IMG/VR virus record: IMGVR_UViG_3300007171_000004
Coordinates: 160,001 to 224,000 of that record
Reading direction: 5' to 3' (one strand)
From: a virus
Lineage: Duplodnaviria; Caudoviricetes
Length of the DNA stretch: 64,000 bases
Positions 29,119 through 39,540 of this stretch are shown here, in pieces. The notes beneath the pieces were generated by a model. It ran no database searches, was not told the origin of the DNA, and worked only from the letters and a program-made list of their open reading frames with translations. Position 1 is the first letter of the stretch, and each line of letters opens with the position of its first letter. The position numbers and the translations under genes are program-made.

Positions 29119-29146
29119 ATTCTAAGATAACAATAAAATATCCTGC
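29119..29146 (-). promoter_or_regulatory. sigmaH-type promoter
   Basis: GCAGGATAT; AGGA-N18-GAAT, downstream of a terminator and upstream of the scaffold-decoration-MCP operon. Confidence 0.7.
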
Positions 29147-29165
29147 TATTATTGCAAGTTATACA

Positions 29166-29196
29166 AAAAACAGGGTAGAAAATCTACCCTGTTTTT
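29166..29196 (-). terminator. intrinsic terminator after the protease gene
   Basis: AAAAACAGGGTAGA-AAA-TCTACCCTGTTTTT. Confidence 0.8.
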
Positions 29197-29216
29197 ATTT
29201 TGTTGTTATTTTAAAA

Positions 29217-32200
29217 TTAGTCGATCCAAGTGATAGTTACATCAAGCTTTGAAGGATCTTTCTTATTTGCAGTAACTGTAGTTCTAGACATAGTTCCACA
29301 TTTACCGCAGAATGTTGAATTTTTGACCTTATTTGCATGTCTATTTCCACATGCTGGGCAGATCATACCAACTGGCAATCTTGCTTCCTTAGTTCTATCA
29401 AAATCTGCAGAAGCAGCTCTTAAATAAGGATCTGGATCAACTGTTGCGGATAATCTGAACATGCCTCTTGCAGCAGCCATTGGCATAGCAGGTGCAGGAG
29501 CAGCTGGCATACCAGGAGCAGCTGGAGCAGGTGCAGTTGCTGCGCCTAATCCCATATCAGGTCCTAAGCCAAGATCACCAGCTGGAGCTTCTGCTGGTGC
29601 TTCAGGTGCTTCTTCTCCACCTTTGCCATCACCAGTTGAAAGAAGTTCAATTGTTTGTGTGATCTTATATCTTGCACCACATGTCTTACACTTTGCATCA
29701 TCAAGAACATCAATATCTACATTCTTAGATCCGCAAACAAGACAGATAGATCCCCATGGAGCTTTTTCACCAGTAGATGTATCATCCGCAGGTGCTTCAT
29801 CATCTGCCATATCATCAGCAGTCATTGCGGAGAGACCTAAATCACCACCACCAAGATTGCCCATATCCATTCCAGCGTTAGCATCTACAGGACCAGGGGC
29901 AGGAGATTGAGGAGCAGGAGCGCCCATTCCAGCCATCTGTGCATATCTCTCAAGAAGCTTAGAGCGTAAAGACTTAGCAGCTACGACAGCATTTTCAGTC
30001 ATAATTACAGGAACGTCTTCGCCATTAAGCTCTGTACCTTCTACTGCATCTTCAGACACTGTATCTACATCATCTGCCTTAAATGTTTTAGTTGTTCTTG
30101 AGGAAACAGTTGCGGTAATATCTCCATTTTCGGTAACAGAGAGATCAGTGAAAGCAAATGTTCCTGGATCTACTGTAAAGCCCTTAGATTGTAAAACTTC
30201 AATTGCTTTGTTCTTAAATGCTTCTTCAAAATTATCATCAGAAGGCTTAATTCCACCAAGATCTTCAACGCAGCAATAGAATCTTACACTTTCAAACTTC
30301 TCTTGTGTAATGTTCATAGCAGCTGTCTTTTCTGCATTTTGTTGAGCAGTGATAGCCTTAGAAATAAGCTTCTCAGCAACAGCAGGTTCTTCAACAAGTT
30401 TCTTAGCAGCTCTTACAAGGGCAGAAGTCTTGATATTATAATTTTCAGAATAGTCAGCGAACCATCCCATTAAATTTTGTGTAATAGTCTGTTTGGATGC
30501 AAATCTTTGTCCCCAGAATTGTCTTCTAGCTCTTGTCTTTGCTCTAGCCTCGGAAACGGATGCAGTCTTAGCATGATTAATATGAGCTTTCATTACATTC
30601 TCATCCATGCCAGCAACTTCATCAACAATCTCATCAGGTGTTGCGCCGGTATCCTTAGCTGCAGTTCCCATAGAGGCGAGTGCAACTTGGAGATCTTCCT
30701 TAGAAATTAATTCATCATCTTCGGAAACAGCGTTGGAGAGTGCAGCCTTAAGTTCTTCGGCTCTAGATGGAGAAGCGTTCATGCCATCTACAGCAGCATC
30801 TTGAATGTCGGCCATAAGAAGCTCTGCGAATCTTGTAACACCTTCCTTGGTAATTTCACCTTCAGATACAGCAACCTTGAGAGCTTCTGATAAATCTGCA
30901 GCAGTGATAGAACCTTGAGAAACAGCATCACCGAGTTCTTCAAGAATAGCTGTTGTGGAAGATTTTGGTTCCTTTTCTTCCTTAAAGAAATCAGATCTTG
31001 CATCTTCCTTAGCTCTTACATCAGATCCAAGAGCAGAAGTTTCTACCATTTCAGGAAGTTGTGGTTCTTCAGCTAATTTACCAGCTGAATCCATAATTTC
31101 ATCAGGTGTAACCATAGCAGCAACAACAGCCTTAGCAAGAGCCTTAACTGCGGTAACCATAACTGTTTCAGCATCTGCGGAGCCATGAGTTCTACATTTG
31201 GACAATCTTTCTTCAAGAGTTCCATCAAGAACACCCTTATTAACCTTAGCGACTAATTCCGAAAGAGTTTCCTTAACTTCTTCGTCCTTAACCTTATTAG
31301 CATAAAGTCCAGCGTCTGCCAATTGCTTTTCGAGAACTTCAATATTTGCTTCAGATCTACCACTATAGTAAGATCCTGCTAATTCTTCTTCTCTGATTTT
31401 ATCGCCTGATGGGTTTTTTCTTGCGTACTCAGCAGCGTTAGCACCACCGAGTTCTTCATTCATAGCTTTATATTCTTTGTTAGTTCTAAGCTTCTCTAAT
31501 TCAACTTCCTTAACACTTCTGTCTGTAGTTGTTTCAAGCAAGGCAGTCTTAACAAATTTATTTAAGTCTTTAAGTAATTCAGAAGCAACCTTAGTGCCTT
31601 GTCCAGATTCCATCATTACTAGAGCATTCTCAGTAAGTACTGGTTCCCAATCAATTTTAACATTGTTATGATAGCCAGAAATTGAACCATCTGTTGACAA
31701 AACAACTCTATTTCCAGCCCCATCTTCAACTTTAAAATCAATGGTGACGGCGGATGCTGTTCTTTTACGTTGTTCAGACGCAATTTTAGCAAAATGATCC
31801 ATTTGATTTTTTCCCTCCGCCCTGTCATATAGGGGCGCATTTGTTTTTATATTTGTATTGCGTCCAGATGCAGATCTAATGACGCTATTAGTTGCCTCTT
31901 TAATTAACTCATCATTAACTAAAGAAGACTTGAAAGATAAAATGCCTTCAGCTAATCTTTCAAACTTCGATTTTCTAGTATTATTTGTACTAGCAAAAAC
32001 TTCTCTTCTATTATCTTTTGATGCCCATACTAACATTCCATTACTATCAGAAGCAGTTGCAATGCCTCCTCCAATAGGTTCACCCATCATTACAGCAGGT
32101 TCTAATATTCTTCCAACATTTCCAGCAGATGTATAGTTTAAATTAGCCATCTGTTGTGGTTGTTGAAGTTGAGGAGCTGCAGGTTGTCCTTGATTGATAG

Positions 32201-33407
32201 GTCTTTGTTGTGCGGTTTGTCCAGTATCAACACCATCATCAATAATATCTTGCATTGTAGATTGTAAATCAGCCATAGACTTAGTGATTTTACCTACATG
32301 TGCAAGATCGATGTTATCTTTCCTTGAGAACATATTCATCACAGCAACTTCCAAGAAATTCAGTGATAAATTAATCAAGTCTAAGATATTTAAGCCAGCT
32401 CTTGGGTCGATTCCTAAAGCTTGCATGACAGCAGAAACAGTAGCATTTTGTCCTGCTCCTGGTTGTGCTAAGAGTTGTCCACCTACAAGAGTTCCAGCGC
32501 TTTGTGCTAATCTGACTGCAGTATTAACAGTATGATTTGCTGTTTTAAGAGCTTGTTGATGTTCAGGAGATTCGTTTAAATGAAATGCTACTGCGATATT
32601 TTTGTATAGTTCGTTAGCTTTCTTTTCTAATTGTCCAGCAGCTTGAAGAATTTCGTCTACATCGTAAATTTCTTCGATTTCACAGGATTCAAAAGCTCCA
32701 TCGCCTACACAAGAGAGTTCAATAAATTTAACCCCATAGTTTTTTTCGTAGATGTGCTTTCCAGAATTAGGATGTTTCTTACCTTTCCACTTTTTAAGAC
32801 AATCGCAGTAATCTTTTTCAGTGTAGGCTTTATTTGAACAATTAGAGCAGATACCGTATTCCACAGAAGCTCCCATAGAAACGTCATGGATTACTCCAGT
32901 TCTAATATTTCTTGCAATATCTGGATAAGCTTCTTCATCTACGAAATAGGTACAGAAAACACAATTTTCTTTTTCGTCCCATTCTGCATATACAACCATA
33001 CCTTTAGCTTGTTCAATATCATCATTTTTATGGTTTGTATAGATTGGTACGCCTTCGAAAGTTTTATAAGAAGGGATTTTTTCGCCTTTAATTTCAACTT
33101 CTTTTAATAATTCTTCTTTACTAAAGTAATCGCCATTTGCATTTACTACATCTGCATCGATAGCTCTAGCACGAACCCAAAGAAGTTTTGCACCCTTTCT
33201 AGATTGCATTTCCTTAACGATATCGAAATCTTTATATTTTTTGAAAACATCATCAGGATTTGCATAGAGTGATTGAAGGCCAATTTTAGCAGCTTCTCTA
33301 AAATTTGTAGAAGCTGTTTTTAGAAGATGTTCTTTTACAAGTTCTCTATCATTAATATCTAGAAAACTCTCAATTGTAATTCTTCCACCTTTGGCAAACT
33401 TAAGCAT
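29217..33407 (-). CDS. prohead (capsid maturation) protease with a long C-terminal extension
   Basis: NANGDYF, GVPIYTNH (His), DVSMGA (Ser) and FIELSCV are HK97/herpes-type protease motifs; Zn insertion CSNC...YCDC; C-terminal Zn ribbons. Confidence 0.85.
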   Translation of the reverse strand: MLKFAKGGRITIESFLDINDRELVKEHLLKTASTNFREAAKIGLQSLYANPDDVFKKYKDFDIVKEMQSRKGAKLLWVRARAIDADVVNANGDYFSKEELLKEVEIKGEKIPSYKTFEGVPIYTNHKNDDIEQAKGMVVYAEWDEKENCVFCTYFVDEEAYPDIARNIRTGVIHDVSMGASVEYGICSNCSNKAYTEKDYCDCLKKWKGKKHPNSGKHIYEKNYGVKFIELSCVGDGAFESCEIEEIYDVDEILQAAGQLEKKANELYKNIAVAFHLNESPEHQQALKTANHTVNTAVRLAQSAGTLVGGQLLAQPGAGQNATVSAVMQALGIDPRAGLNILDLINLSLNFLEVAVMNMFSRKDNIDLAHVGKITKSMADLQSTMQDIIDDGVDTGQTAQQRPINQGQPAAPQLQQPQQMANLNYTSAGNVGRILEPAVMMGEPIGGGIATASDSNGMLVWASKDNRREVFASTNNTRKSKFERLAEGILSFKSSLVNDELIKEATNSVIRSASGRNTNIKTNAPLYDRAEGKNQMDHFAKIASEQRKRTASAVTIDFKVEDGAGNRVVLSTDGSISGYHNNVKIDWEPVLTENALVMMESGQGTKVASELLKDLNKFVKTALLETTTDRSVKEVELEKLRTNKEYKAMNEELGGANAAEYARKNPSGDKIREEELAGSYYSGRSEANIEVLEKQLADAGLYANKVKDEEVKETLSELVAKVNKGVLDGTLEERLSKCRTHGSADAETVMVTAVKALAKAVVAAMVTPDEIMDSAGKLAEEPQLPEMVETSALGSDVRAKEDARSDFFKEEKEPKSSTTAILEELGDAVSQGSITAADLSEALKVAVSEGEITKEGVTRFAELLMADIQDAAVDGMNASPSRAEELKAALSNAVSEDDELISKEDLQVALASMGTAAKDTGATPDEIVDEVAGMDENVMKAHINHAKTASVSEARAKTRARRQFWGQRFASKQTITQNLMGWFADYSENYNIKTSALVRAAKKLVEEPAVAEKLISKAITAQQNAEKTAAMNITQEKFESVRFYCCVEDLGGIKPSDDNFEEAFKNKAIEVLQSKGFTVDPGTFAFTDLSVTENGDITATVSSRTTKTFKADDVDTVSEDAVEGTELNGEDVPVIMTENAVVAAKSLRSKLLERYAQMAGMGAPAPQSPAPGPVDANAGMDMGNLGGGDLGLSAMTADDMADDEAPADDTSTGEKAPWGSICLVCGSKNVDIDVLDDAKCKTCGARYKITQTIELLSTGDGKGGEEAPEAPAEAPAGDLGLGPDMGLGAATAPAPAAPGMPAAPAPAMPMAAARGMFRLSATVDPDPYLRAASADFDRTKEARLPVGMICPACGNRHANKVKNSTFCGKCGTMSRTTVTANKKDPSKLDVTITWID

Positions 33408-33446
33408 ATAATATAATTCTCCGATCAGAGACTAGTCTTAATTTCT

Positions 33447-33474
33447 GTTCTAGAATTTGCCTCTAAATTCCTGT
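33447..33474 (-). promoter_or_regulatory. sigmaH-type promoter
   Basis: ACAGGAATT; AGGA-N18-GAAC in the portal-protease spacer. Confidence 0.65.
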
Positions 33475-33487
33475 TATTTGTACAGAT

Positions 33488-35893
33488 TTAAACAAATTCT
33501 TCTGTCATATTAGAGTTACCCAATTTTTTTCTAATAGCTTGGGAAATGACATTAATTACATCTTGTGAATGTTCTTTAAGTTCTTTATCGGTAAATCTTA
33601 ATACAGTCCATCCATTGGCAGAAAGTTCAATATCTCTTCTTTTATCCCTAGCAATTTTTTCAGGATTATTGTGCCAAATTTCTCCATCGGCTTCAATTGC
33701 AATGCCTAATTCTGGAATAGCAGCATCTAGTTGATAATCCATTGTAGGTCCAGCTAAATATTGTCCATAAATTGCAAAAGGAAGATTCATAGAAAGAAGC
33801 ATGCTGTAAAGTGATTTTTCTAGACTTGTGAACATTTGTGCTTGAGGTCTATTTAGTTTCTTTTTAGCATATCTGTATCTAATATTTTCATCTTCAGAAT
33901 TTTGCCAGGATGAGAAAACTTGATTTGCTTCATAATTAACTGGGAAAGAAAATTCTCCTCCAAATTCAGCAATTCTTAGGCTATTTCCAAAGCCATCATA
34001 TTCCTCTGGTAATGCTCCTAAGTTTCCTCTTCCTGTCACTGGTGTAATTGATTTAAGGAAAAGTTCATGAGCAACAGATTTAAATTTAACGGAAGCTAGT
34101 CTTTGATTAGAATCTTGTAAATGTCCATTAAGTTTGTCTTTGTAGATTTCATTAATAACATTTGAAGCTAATCTATATGTTTCTGTTTTAGTCTTAGCGG
34201 TAGGAGCTGGTCCCGGTGCTGGTGCTGGTGCTGGAGGAGGTGCAGGAGCTCCCATTGGTGGTGCTCCTATACCCATATCTGGAGCACCCATTCCCATACC
34301 AGGCTCAGGCATTGCTGGTCCACCGCCTGTAAATCCTTGTCCTGTCACTGGTCCTGAAGAGAATCCTGTAAGCATGTCTGTATTAGCAATATTAGGATTG
34401 TTTACAAAACCTGATCCTTGTTCAAATCTTAATCTTTCAATTTCCTGATCTGGGTCAAGTCCAAAAGATTCAATAAGAGTCATATTAGAAATAACTCCAT
34501 TTGAATTAGCAGTAACAAGCATTTGAAGCTTTCCTGTATCGTCTCTTAATTGAAGATCATCGAATTTAATTTTAGGATAGATAATTTCATCTTGTCCTCT
34601 TTCGCCTTCAACAACAAAACCATTCCAGATTGCCACTTGTTTGAAAAGTTGTTCTTCAATCCAGTGTGCAACTTCTCTTCGGAAAGTTTCAAGTCTTTGG
34701 GCCATAGCAAGAAGACCAACTTGAGCATTTCCATATGTAGGACCTTCACCATTAAGTAGAGCCTTGTTGAGCATAAGACCATCTAAAATTTCTTGGTCAA
34801 TTAATTCATATTCGTTAGTTAATTGAAGAACCTTGCCAGAAGCACCATAAAATTCAAAATCAAAAGCATGGTGAGTAACAAGTGTGAGGTTAGGGTCATT
34901 TGCAATTGTGGCTAATTCTTCCTGAACATTGTCAATATCTTCTTGTGATGCAGGTCTTTGATCATTACCTACCTTGACAATTTTAATAGGGAGAATATGT
35001 CTTTCAGCGACTAACCATTGTGATTGTCTTAATTTATCTTTATATGCTAATGTTGGGAATAATGGTCTAATCATAGGTGTGCCATAATCTTCCCAAGGGT
35101 TAGATCCATGTTTAAAGTGCTTGATAGAAATAGGGTTTAATTTAATTGGTTCTCCCCTAAGTATCATTTTCTTTACTGAATCTGGAATTTGATCATAATA
35201 TTCTCTTGGTTGTTTTTCTTGGACAATTCTAATTTCTTCTGCGGATGGTCTGTAAACATATTGTCCTTCTTGATCAATCATTCCGGGCATTTTCATTACA
35301 CTATCAGGATTTAAAATAGAGATAGATTTCCAAGTTGCGCCTTCATGTTGACATTCTTGGTTCTTCTTAGTATCCCAGTTTGAACCATGACAGTGAGGAC
35401 AATCAATTGAGGCTAAAACAAATACATCTCCAAGTAAATGATAAACCTTGGATATTTCTGGGAGCCACTTTTGGAAATTAAGTTTTTGAATGAGTTTCTC
35501 GAAATAATCTTTGACATACGAGGAAGAACATTCGAGTTTCCATCCAGAGAAAGGGTAGTTAGTGTAGAAATTGATACCAGCTGCAATTTTAGGTTCATTA
35601 TTTCTCCACCAGTTCGCCCATAAATAAACTTCTTTTCGTGCATTTGGAATTTGGAATGAAGTAGCAGTAAGGAATGGGGAATAAAAGTTAGGAGATGTTG
35701 TAATATTACCAGACATCTGTGAAAACTTAGTCATATTTGGAGAAACATTTGCTCCAAGAGATGATGCAGCTCTAGATGATGCATAGGCTCTATCAATATT
35801 AAAGCCTTCGGATCCTGTTACTCTTTCTCCGGTTACTGTTTGAGCTGCAGTTTTAAATACTGTTTGTAATGATGAAATGTTTTCTGTTGACAA
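33488..35893 (-). CDS. portal protein with C-terminal DUF559/Vsr-like nuclease domain
   Basis: TTG start with GGGAGA RBS. Portal core (IKHFKH...WEDYGTPMI...PIKIVKVG...PKIKFDDLQL) upstream of the protease; C-terminal LDAAIPELGIAIEADGEIWH...DKRRD..L..NGWTVLRF. Confidence 0.85.
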   Translation of the reverse strand: MSTENISSLQTVFKTAAQTVTGERVTGSEGFNIDRAYASSRAASSLGANVSPNMTKFSQMSGNITTSPNFYSPFLTATSFQIPNARKEVYLWANWWRNNEPKIAAGINFYTNYPFSGWKLECSSSYVKDYFEKLIQKLNFQKWLPEISKVYHLLGDVFVLASIDCPHCHGSNWDTKKNQECQHEGATWKSISILNPDSVMKMPGMIDQEGQYVYRPSAEEIRIVQEKQPREYYDQIPDSVKKMILRGEPIKLNPISIKHFKHGSNPWEDYGTPMIRPLFPTLAYKDKLRQSQWLVAERHILPIKIVKVGNDQRPASQEDIDNVQEELATIANDPNLTLVTHHAFDFEFYGASGKVLQLTNEYELIDQEILDGLMLNKALLNGEGPTYGNAQVGLLAMAQRLETFRREVAHWIEEQLFKQVAIWNGFVVEGERGQDEIIYPKIKFDDLQLRDDTGKLQMLVTANSNGVISNMTLIESFGLDPDQEIERLRFEQGSGFVNNPNIANTDMLTGFSSGPVTGQGFTGGGPAMPEPGMGMGAPDMGIGAPPMGAPAPPPAPAPAPGPAPTAKTKTETYRLASNVINEIYKDKLNGHLQDSNQRLASVKFKSVAHELFLKSITPVTGRGNLGALPEEYDGFGNSLRIAEFGGEFSFPVNYEANQVFSSWQNSEDENIRYRYAKKKLNRPQAQMFTSLEKSLYSMLLSMNLPFAIYGQYLAGPTMDYQLDAAIPELGIAIEADGEIWHNNPEKIARDKRRDIELSANGWTVLRFTDKELKEHSQDVINVISQAIRKKLGNSNMTEEFV

Positions 35894-35918
35894 TTTATTC
35901 TCCCGTTAATATTATACT

Positions 35919-36296
35919 TCAGTTTAATGTAATATTAGAAGGGAGATCTTGAAACATGTCAGCGCCTTTGCCAACGTTATATTGAGGTACGCCCCTAATA
36001 AGCATGTCTCCTCTAATATTCTCTGTACTACTCATAGATTGAAATACTGGATCATCTTCTCTTGTGTTTTTTAGTTGCTCTTCTAAAGTTAAAAACTCTG
36101 GAGAATCTTTTGATATTGATAATAAATCTAATAATTGATTTCTTTGTTGTTCAGATAATTTTCTGTATGCATCTAAACTAATTTGCATTTGATCTAATAA
36201 ATTTTTTACTTGAGGTAATAATTGTTCATCCTCTTGCAAATTAGGGGAAGAAATAATTCCTCCCCCAATAGAATTTTGTGCGATTCTATACCACAT
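35919..36296 (-). CDS. probable internal head protein
   Basis: Begins MWYRIAQ (shared head-protein motif); contains TLEEQL. Confidence 0.6.
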   Translation of the reverse strand: MWYRIAQNSIGGGIISSPNLQEDEQLLPQVKNLLDQMQISLDAYRKLSEQQRNQLLDLLSISKDSPEFLTLEEQLKNTREDDPVFQSMSSTENIRGDMLIRGVPQYNVGKGADMFQDLPSNITLN

Positions 36297-37793
36297 TTAG
36301 TCTTCTCTTGAATCCTCTAAAAGGGAATCCAATCCTAGTTCGCTAGCAAAATGTTTCAAATCATCATCAGAATATTGATGTCCCCAATCAGCTTCTTCAG
36401 CTAAAAGTTCTTCAATAGTTTTTTCAATATCTTCGTTAGTTCTTTTGGATTCTAACTCTTCTTCTCTGGTAATTGGTTCTTTTTTTGCTGTTTTGTTAAG
36501 ATGTTGAGAAACTGTCATGTCATCTCCATCCCCAGCATCTTTGAGAATTTGTTCAATGTACCACTTAGGAGCATTTTGTTTCTTGAGAAGTTCTTCAGCA
36601 TATGTTTCGAATCTCTCGTCTCTTCTGGAAATTAAATTGTCAGATTCATTGAGATTTTCTTCAATTGTTGCTTCAGTGTCAAATTCATTGTGGGATTCTA
36701 CATCTCTCATAGAATCATGTTTGTTTGTTCTTGGTAATTGATCTTCAAGAACTTTATCTGTATGAGTTTGTGCAGTTTTGGTAGATTTCTCATCGTTTCT
36801 TCTACCTAAATCTGCTGGCTTGGCTTTCCCTAAAGATTCTTCAATAGATGTGAAATTATCTTTGTTTTTGTGGGATTTAGAAGCTTCAAATCTTGCTTCG
36901 TATCCAATTTCACCTTCAGTAATTTCATTTTCTCTATTACTGTCAGAAAGGTTTAAAAGATTCTTAGCATTGTCAGGATGTCTATGAACATTAAGTCTAT
37001 TTTCCATCTTGGCATGTGTATCAGCAGTAACTCTTAACCAATCTTGATATGCACATGTAACGGAACCATCTTTTGCAATTCTAGAATCAATGCAGTTTTC
37101 TCTACACTTGCTTGTTTCCATAGGTACTGCATGACCGAGTTCAACTTTACCCTTTGGACATAGGAGATATGGTTCATTTCCCTGAGTTGATAATGAGGTG
37201 TAAGCAAGTCTTGTAGATTTTGTAGGAGTAATGGCATCAAAAGCTAATTTAATAGTATCTTTAGCTTCTTCAATATTTGCTGAAAGAATTTGATCCTTTG
37301 CAATATTGGCAATCTTTTTCATTTCAAGGGATGAATCTGAAATGATATATTGAATTGCGTTAAGAGCTTCTAATTGATGATGTCCTGGAGAAGATTTTGC
37401 AATTTTAGATGCAATTCTTTCCATTTGTGCAGCTTCATCATCTTCCATGCTTGCTAAAGAAGCGTAAGCATGTCTCAGAGCTTTTCTATGTTCGGATAGT
37501 CTAAAAGCTGATAGATTGTTAAATAAATCCTGAAGATGGTTTATAGGATTATTACCACTCATGATTTTGATAACTCTTACTGGACCGCCTAAAGAATTGA
37601 AATGATTTACTGTTGGATCTTGACTATTGAAATCAGAACCTTCTAATAAATTAAAAGGATGTTCAATTTTCTTGTGTAATGCATCAACAGAATCTTTAAT
37701 AGCTTGAAGTAATCCGCTGCCAGAAATTAAATTCTTTGCTTTTTCTGGATCATGTGTGTGATATTTTGTTGTAACTTTAAATCCTTTAGCCAT
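36297..37793 (-). CDS. probable internal head protein with repeated xxEExL motif
   Basis: Start MAKGFKV at 37793 after a G-rich RBS; RIAS, KIAK, RLAY and KTAQ motifs; Cys cluster CPKG...CRENC...C. Confidence 0.6.
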   Translation of the reverse strand: MAKGFKVTTKYHTHDPEKAKNLISGSGLLQAIKDSVDALHKKIEHPFNLLEGSDFNSQDPTVNHFNSLGGPVRVIKIMSGNNPINHLQDLFNNLSAFRLSEHRKALRHAYASLASMEDDEAAQMERIASKIAKSSPGHHQLEALNAIQYIISDSSLEMKKIANIAKDQILSANIEEAKDTIKLAFDAITPTKSTRLAYTSLSTQGNEPYLLCPKGKVELGHAVPMETSKCRENCIDSRIAKDGSVTCAYQDWLRVTADTHAKMENRLNVHRHPDNAKNLLNLSDSNRENEITEGEIGYEARFEASKSHKNKDNFTSIEESLGKAKPADLGRRNDEKSTKTAQTHTDKVLEDQLPRTNKHDSMRDVESHNEFDTEATIEENLNESDNLISRRDERFETYAEELLKKQNAPKWYIEQILKDAGDGDDMTVSQHLNKTAKKEPITREEELESKRTNEDIEKTIEELLAEEADWGHQYSDDDLKHFASELGLDSLLEDSRED

Positions 37794-38682
37794 TTTTGCC
37801 CCCAAGCCCTAAATTTTGAACTAACTCTAAATCATAATCTCTTGCTTTGAGAGCTTTTTTAATTAGTTCTAACTCTTTTTTAGCAAGATTCTTATCAACT
37901 GGTTCTTTTCCATCATTCCCAACAGTCTTTTTATCTGTATCTACTACTGACATAAGAAAGATTGCTCTATTAATAAGATCGATAGTCGAAATTTTGTTAT
38001 AATCTTGCTCTACATCATAAATTGTTTCTGCTGCAGTTCTTAAATTGACATCAGAAGAACTTTTGGTTTTTCTTTCTTTTTTCTTATTATAGTCTTTTAC
38101 AAGGTCAACAGCTTTTTCAATAGTTTCGTTATTCCAATATTTTTGCTTTGATAAATATCTAACAATATCAGATTTTTCAATCCCATGGTCTAATAACTTT
38201 CCAACCTTACCCATTAAAACTCTAAATGGATTGCCTCTAGTTTTTTTCTTCTTTTTAGGGGCTTGGGCAACTTTTAAATTAAATTTGACAGTTGCTTCTT
38301 TAGTATTATTTTCCATTGGATTTTCCTTAAAACCATCTAATCTATTTAATTGGCGATATAATCTCTGAGCTAATTCTTTTGCATTAGGATCTTTTTTGCC
38401 AGTAGCTGGATCTTTTGTTTCTCTTCTAGGATCATTCGCTAAGTCAATTGCTCTAATAATAATGCCTAATTTCTTTTTGACATTTTCATCTTGTACTTTG
38501 AGAATAAAATCTTCATAAACAGCTTTTAATTCTTTAATCTTTTCAGAATCAGCATTAATTGTTTCTTTTAAGAGTTTATTTAATTGATTTTTTGAAACTC
38601 TACTAGAATCGCCACCACCTAAGTGAATGTTATTAATACCATTTGCTGGATTTGAAGCTATACCTGCATTCTCAGAATACAT
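37786..38682 (-). CDS. probable internal head protein
   Basis: 298 aa; KVAQ and RTAA motifs. Confidence 0.6.
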   Translation of the reverse strand: MYSENAGIASNPANGINNIHLGGGDSSRVSKNQLNKLLKETINADSEKIKELKAVYEDFILKVQDENVKKKLGIIIRAIDLANDPRRETKDPATGKKDPNAKELAQRLYRQLNRLDGFKENPMENNTKEATVKFNLKVAQAPKKKKKTRGNPFRVLMGKVGKLLDHGIEKSDIVRYLSKQKYWNNETIEKAVDLVKDYNKKKERKTKSSSDVNLRTAAETIYDVEQDYNKISTIDLINRAIFLMSVVDTDKKTVGNDGKEPVDKNLAKKELELIKKALKARDYDLELVQNLGLGGKNG

Positions 38683-39507
38683 TTAGTCCTCTTTGTCAAA
38701 ATCAAGATTAACTCTATTATAAATTTGATTAATTGTTTGTGCGCTTAATTCAGCTCTAGATTCAAATTCTTCTCTAGCCTTCTTCTCTAAAGCTAACTTA
38801 GATTCTCTTCTTTGTGCAGCTGTTGCAACTCTTAAAGCTTCTCTTTCATCAAGTGCTTTAAGGTCTACAGCGCCAAAAGATGCATCATAAGCATAATCTG
38901 TAGAAGATCTAAGAATATTATGTCCTCTTGAATTAACAACATTGGATTTTCTAAGCTCATTCATCTTTGAAGATTCCCAAGATTGATGCTTGGATGCTCT
39001 AGCTTCTCTTTGTTGTTGTTGATCAACAATAGCTTGTTGTGAGGTAGCTTCTTGGCTTTGCTTGAAAGATTCTGCAATATCAATCATATCAGGATTGAAA
39101 ATCGATGCAGATCTAGATAACATAGCTGCCATATAATCTTCAGATGAGAATGCCTTCAATCCACTAGTTAATGTTCTAGCGTTATCACCTTCATCATAAG
39201 CATATGAGGATCTCTTGATTGTCTCAGCACTCAAACCAGCTGTTCTCTCAATCTCTGCAACTCTTTCTTCAAAAGATAAATCTCTCAATTCATTGTAGAG
39301 AGATGGTCCTTGAATTTTTTCCCAGCTGTTGTTCTTAAAACTGGCTTCTTTATTAAATCCAGTTTGCTTTGCAATCTTAGTTCTATTGTCCTGAGAATTT
39401 GCCTTTAATTCAGCATATGGGTCATCGTTCTCTGGAGTGCCAAAGAAACTCTTTTCCAAAATTGATGGAATCTGTTCGATTTGTGAAACTTTCTTGAATT
39501 TACTCAT
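38683..39507 (-). CDS. probable internal head protein
   Basis: 274 aa; KVSQ, KIAK, KEAS, RTAG, RSAS and RVAT motifs. Confidence 0.6.
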   Translation of the reverse strand: MSKFKKVSQIEQIPSILEKSFFGTPENDDPYAELKANSQDNRTKIAKQTGFNKEASFKNNSWEKIQGPSLYNELRDLSFEERVAEIERTAGLSAETIKRSSYAYDEGDNARTLTSGLKAFSSEDYMAAMLSRSASIFNPDMIDIAESFKQSQEATSQQAIVDQQQQREARASKHQSWESSKMNELRKSNVVNSRGHNILRSSTDYAYDASFGAVDLKALDEREALRVATAAQRRESKLALEKKAREEFESRAELSAQTINQIYNRVNLDFDKED

Positions 39508-39540
39508 ATCTTTTCCCTATTAAGCCCTAAAAATACTCAA

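Noticed and set aside
33488-33835. Portal DUF559 domain as part of an intein
   Set aside because: There is no HINT N-terminal block and no HN-[CST] end; the domain is C-terminal with no downstream extein.
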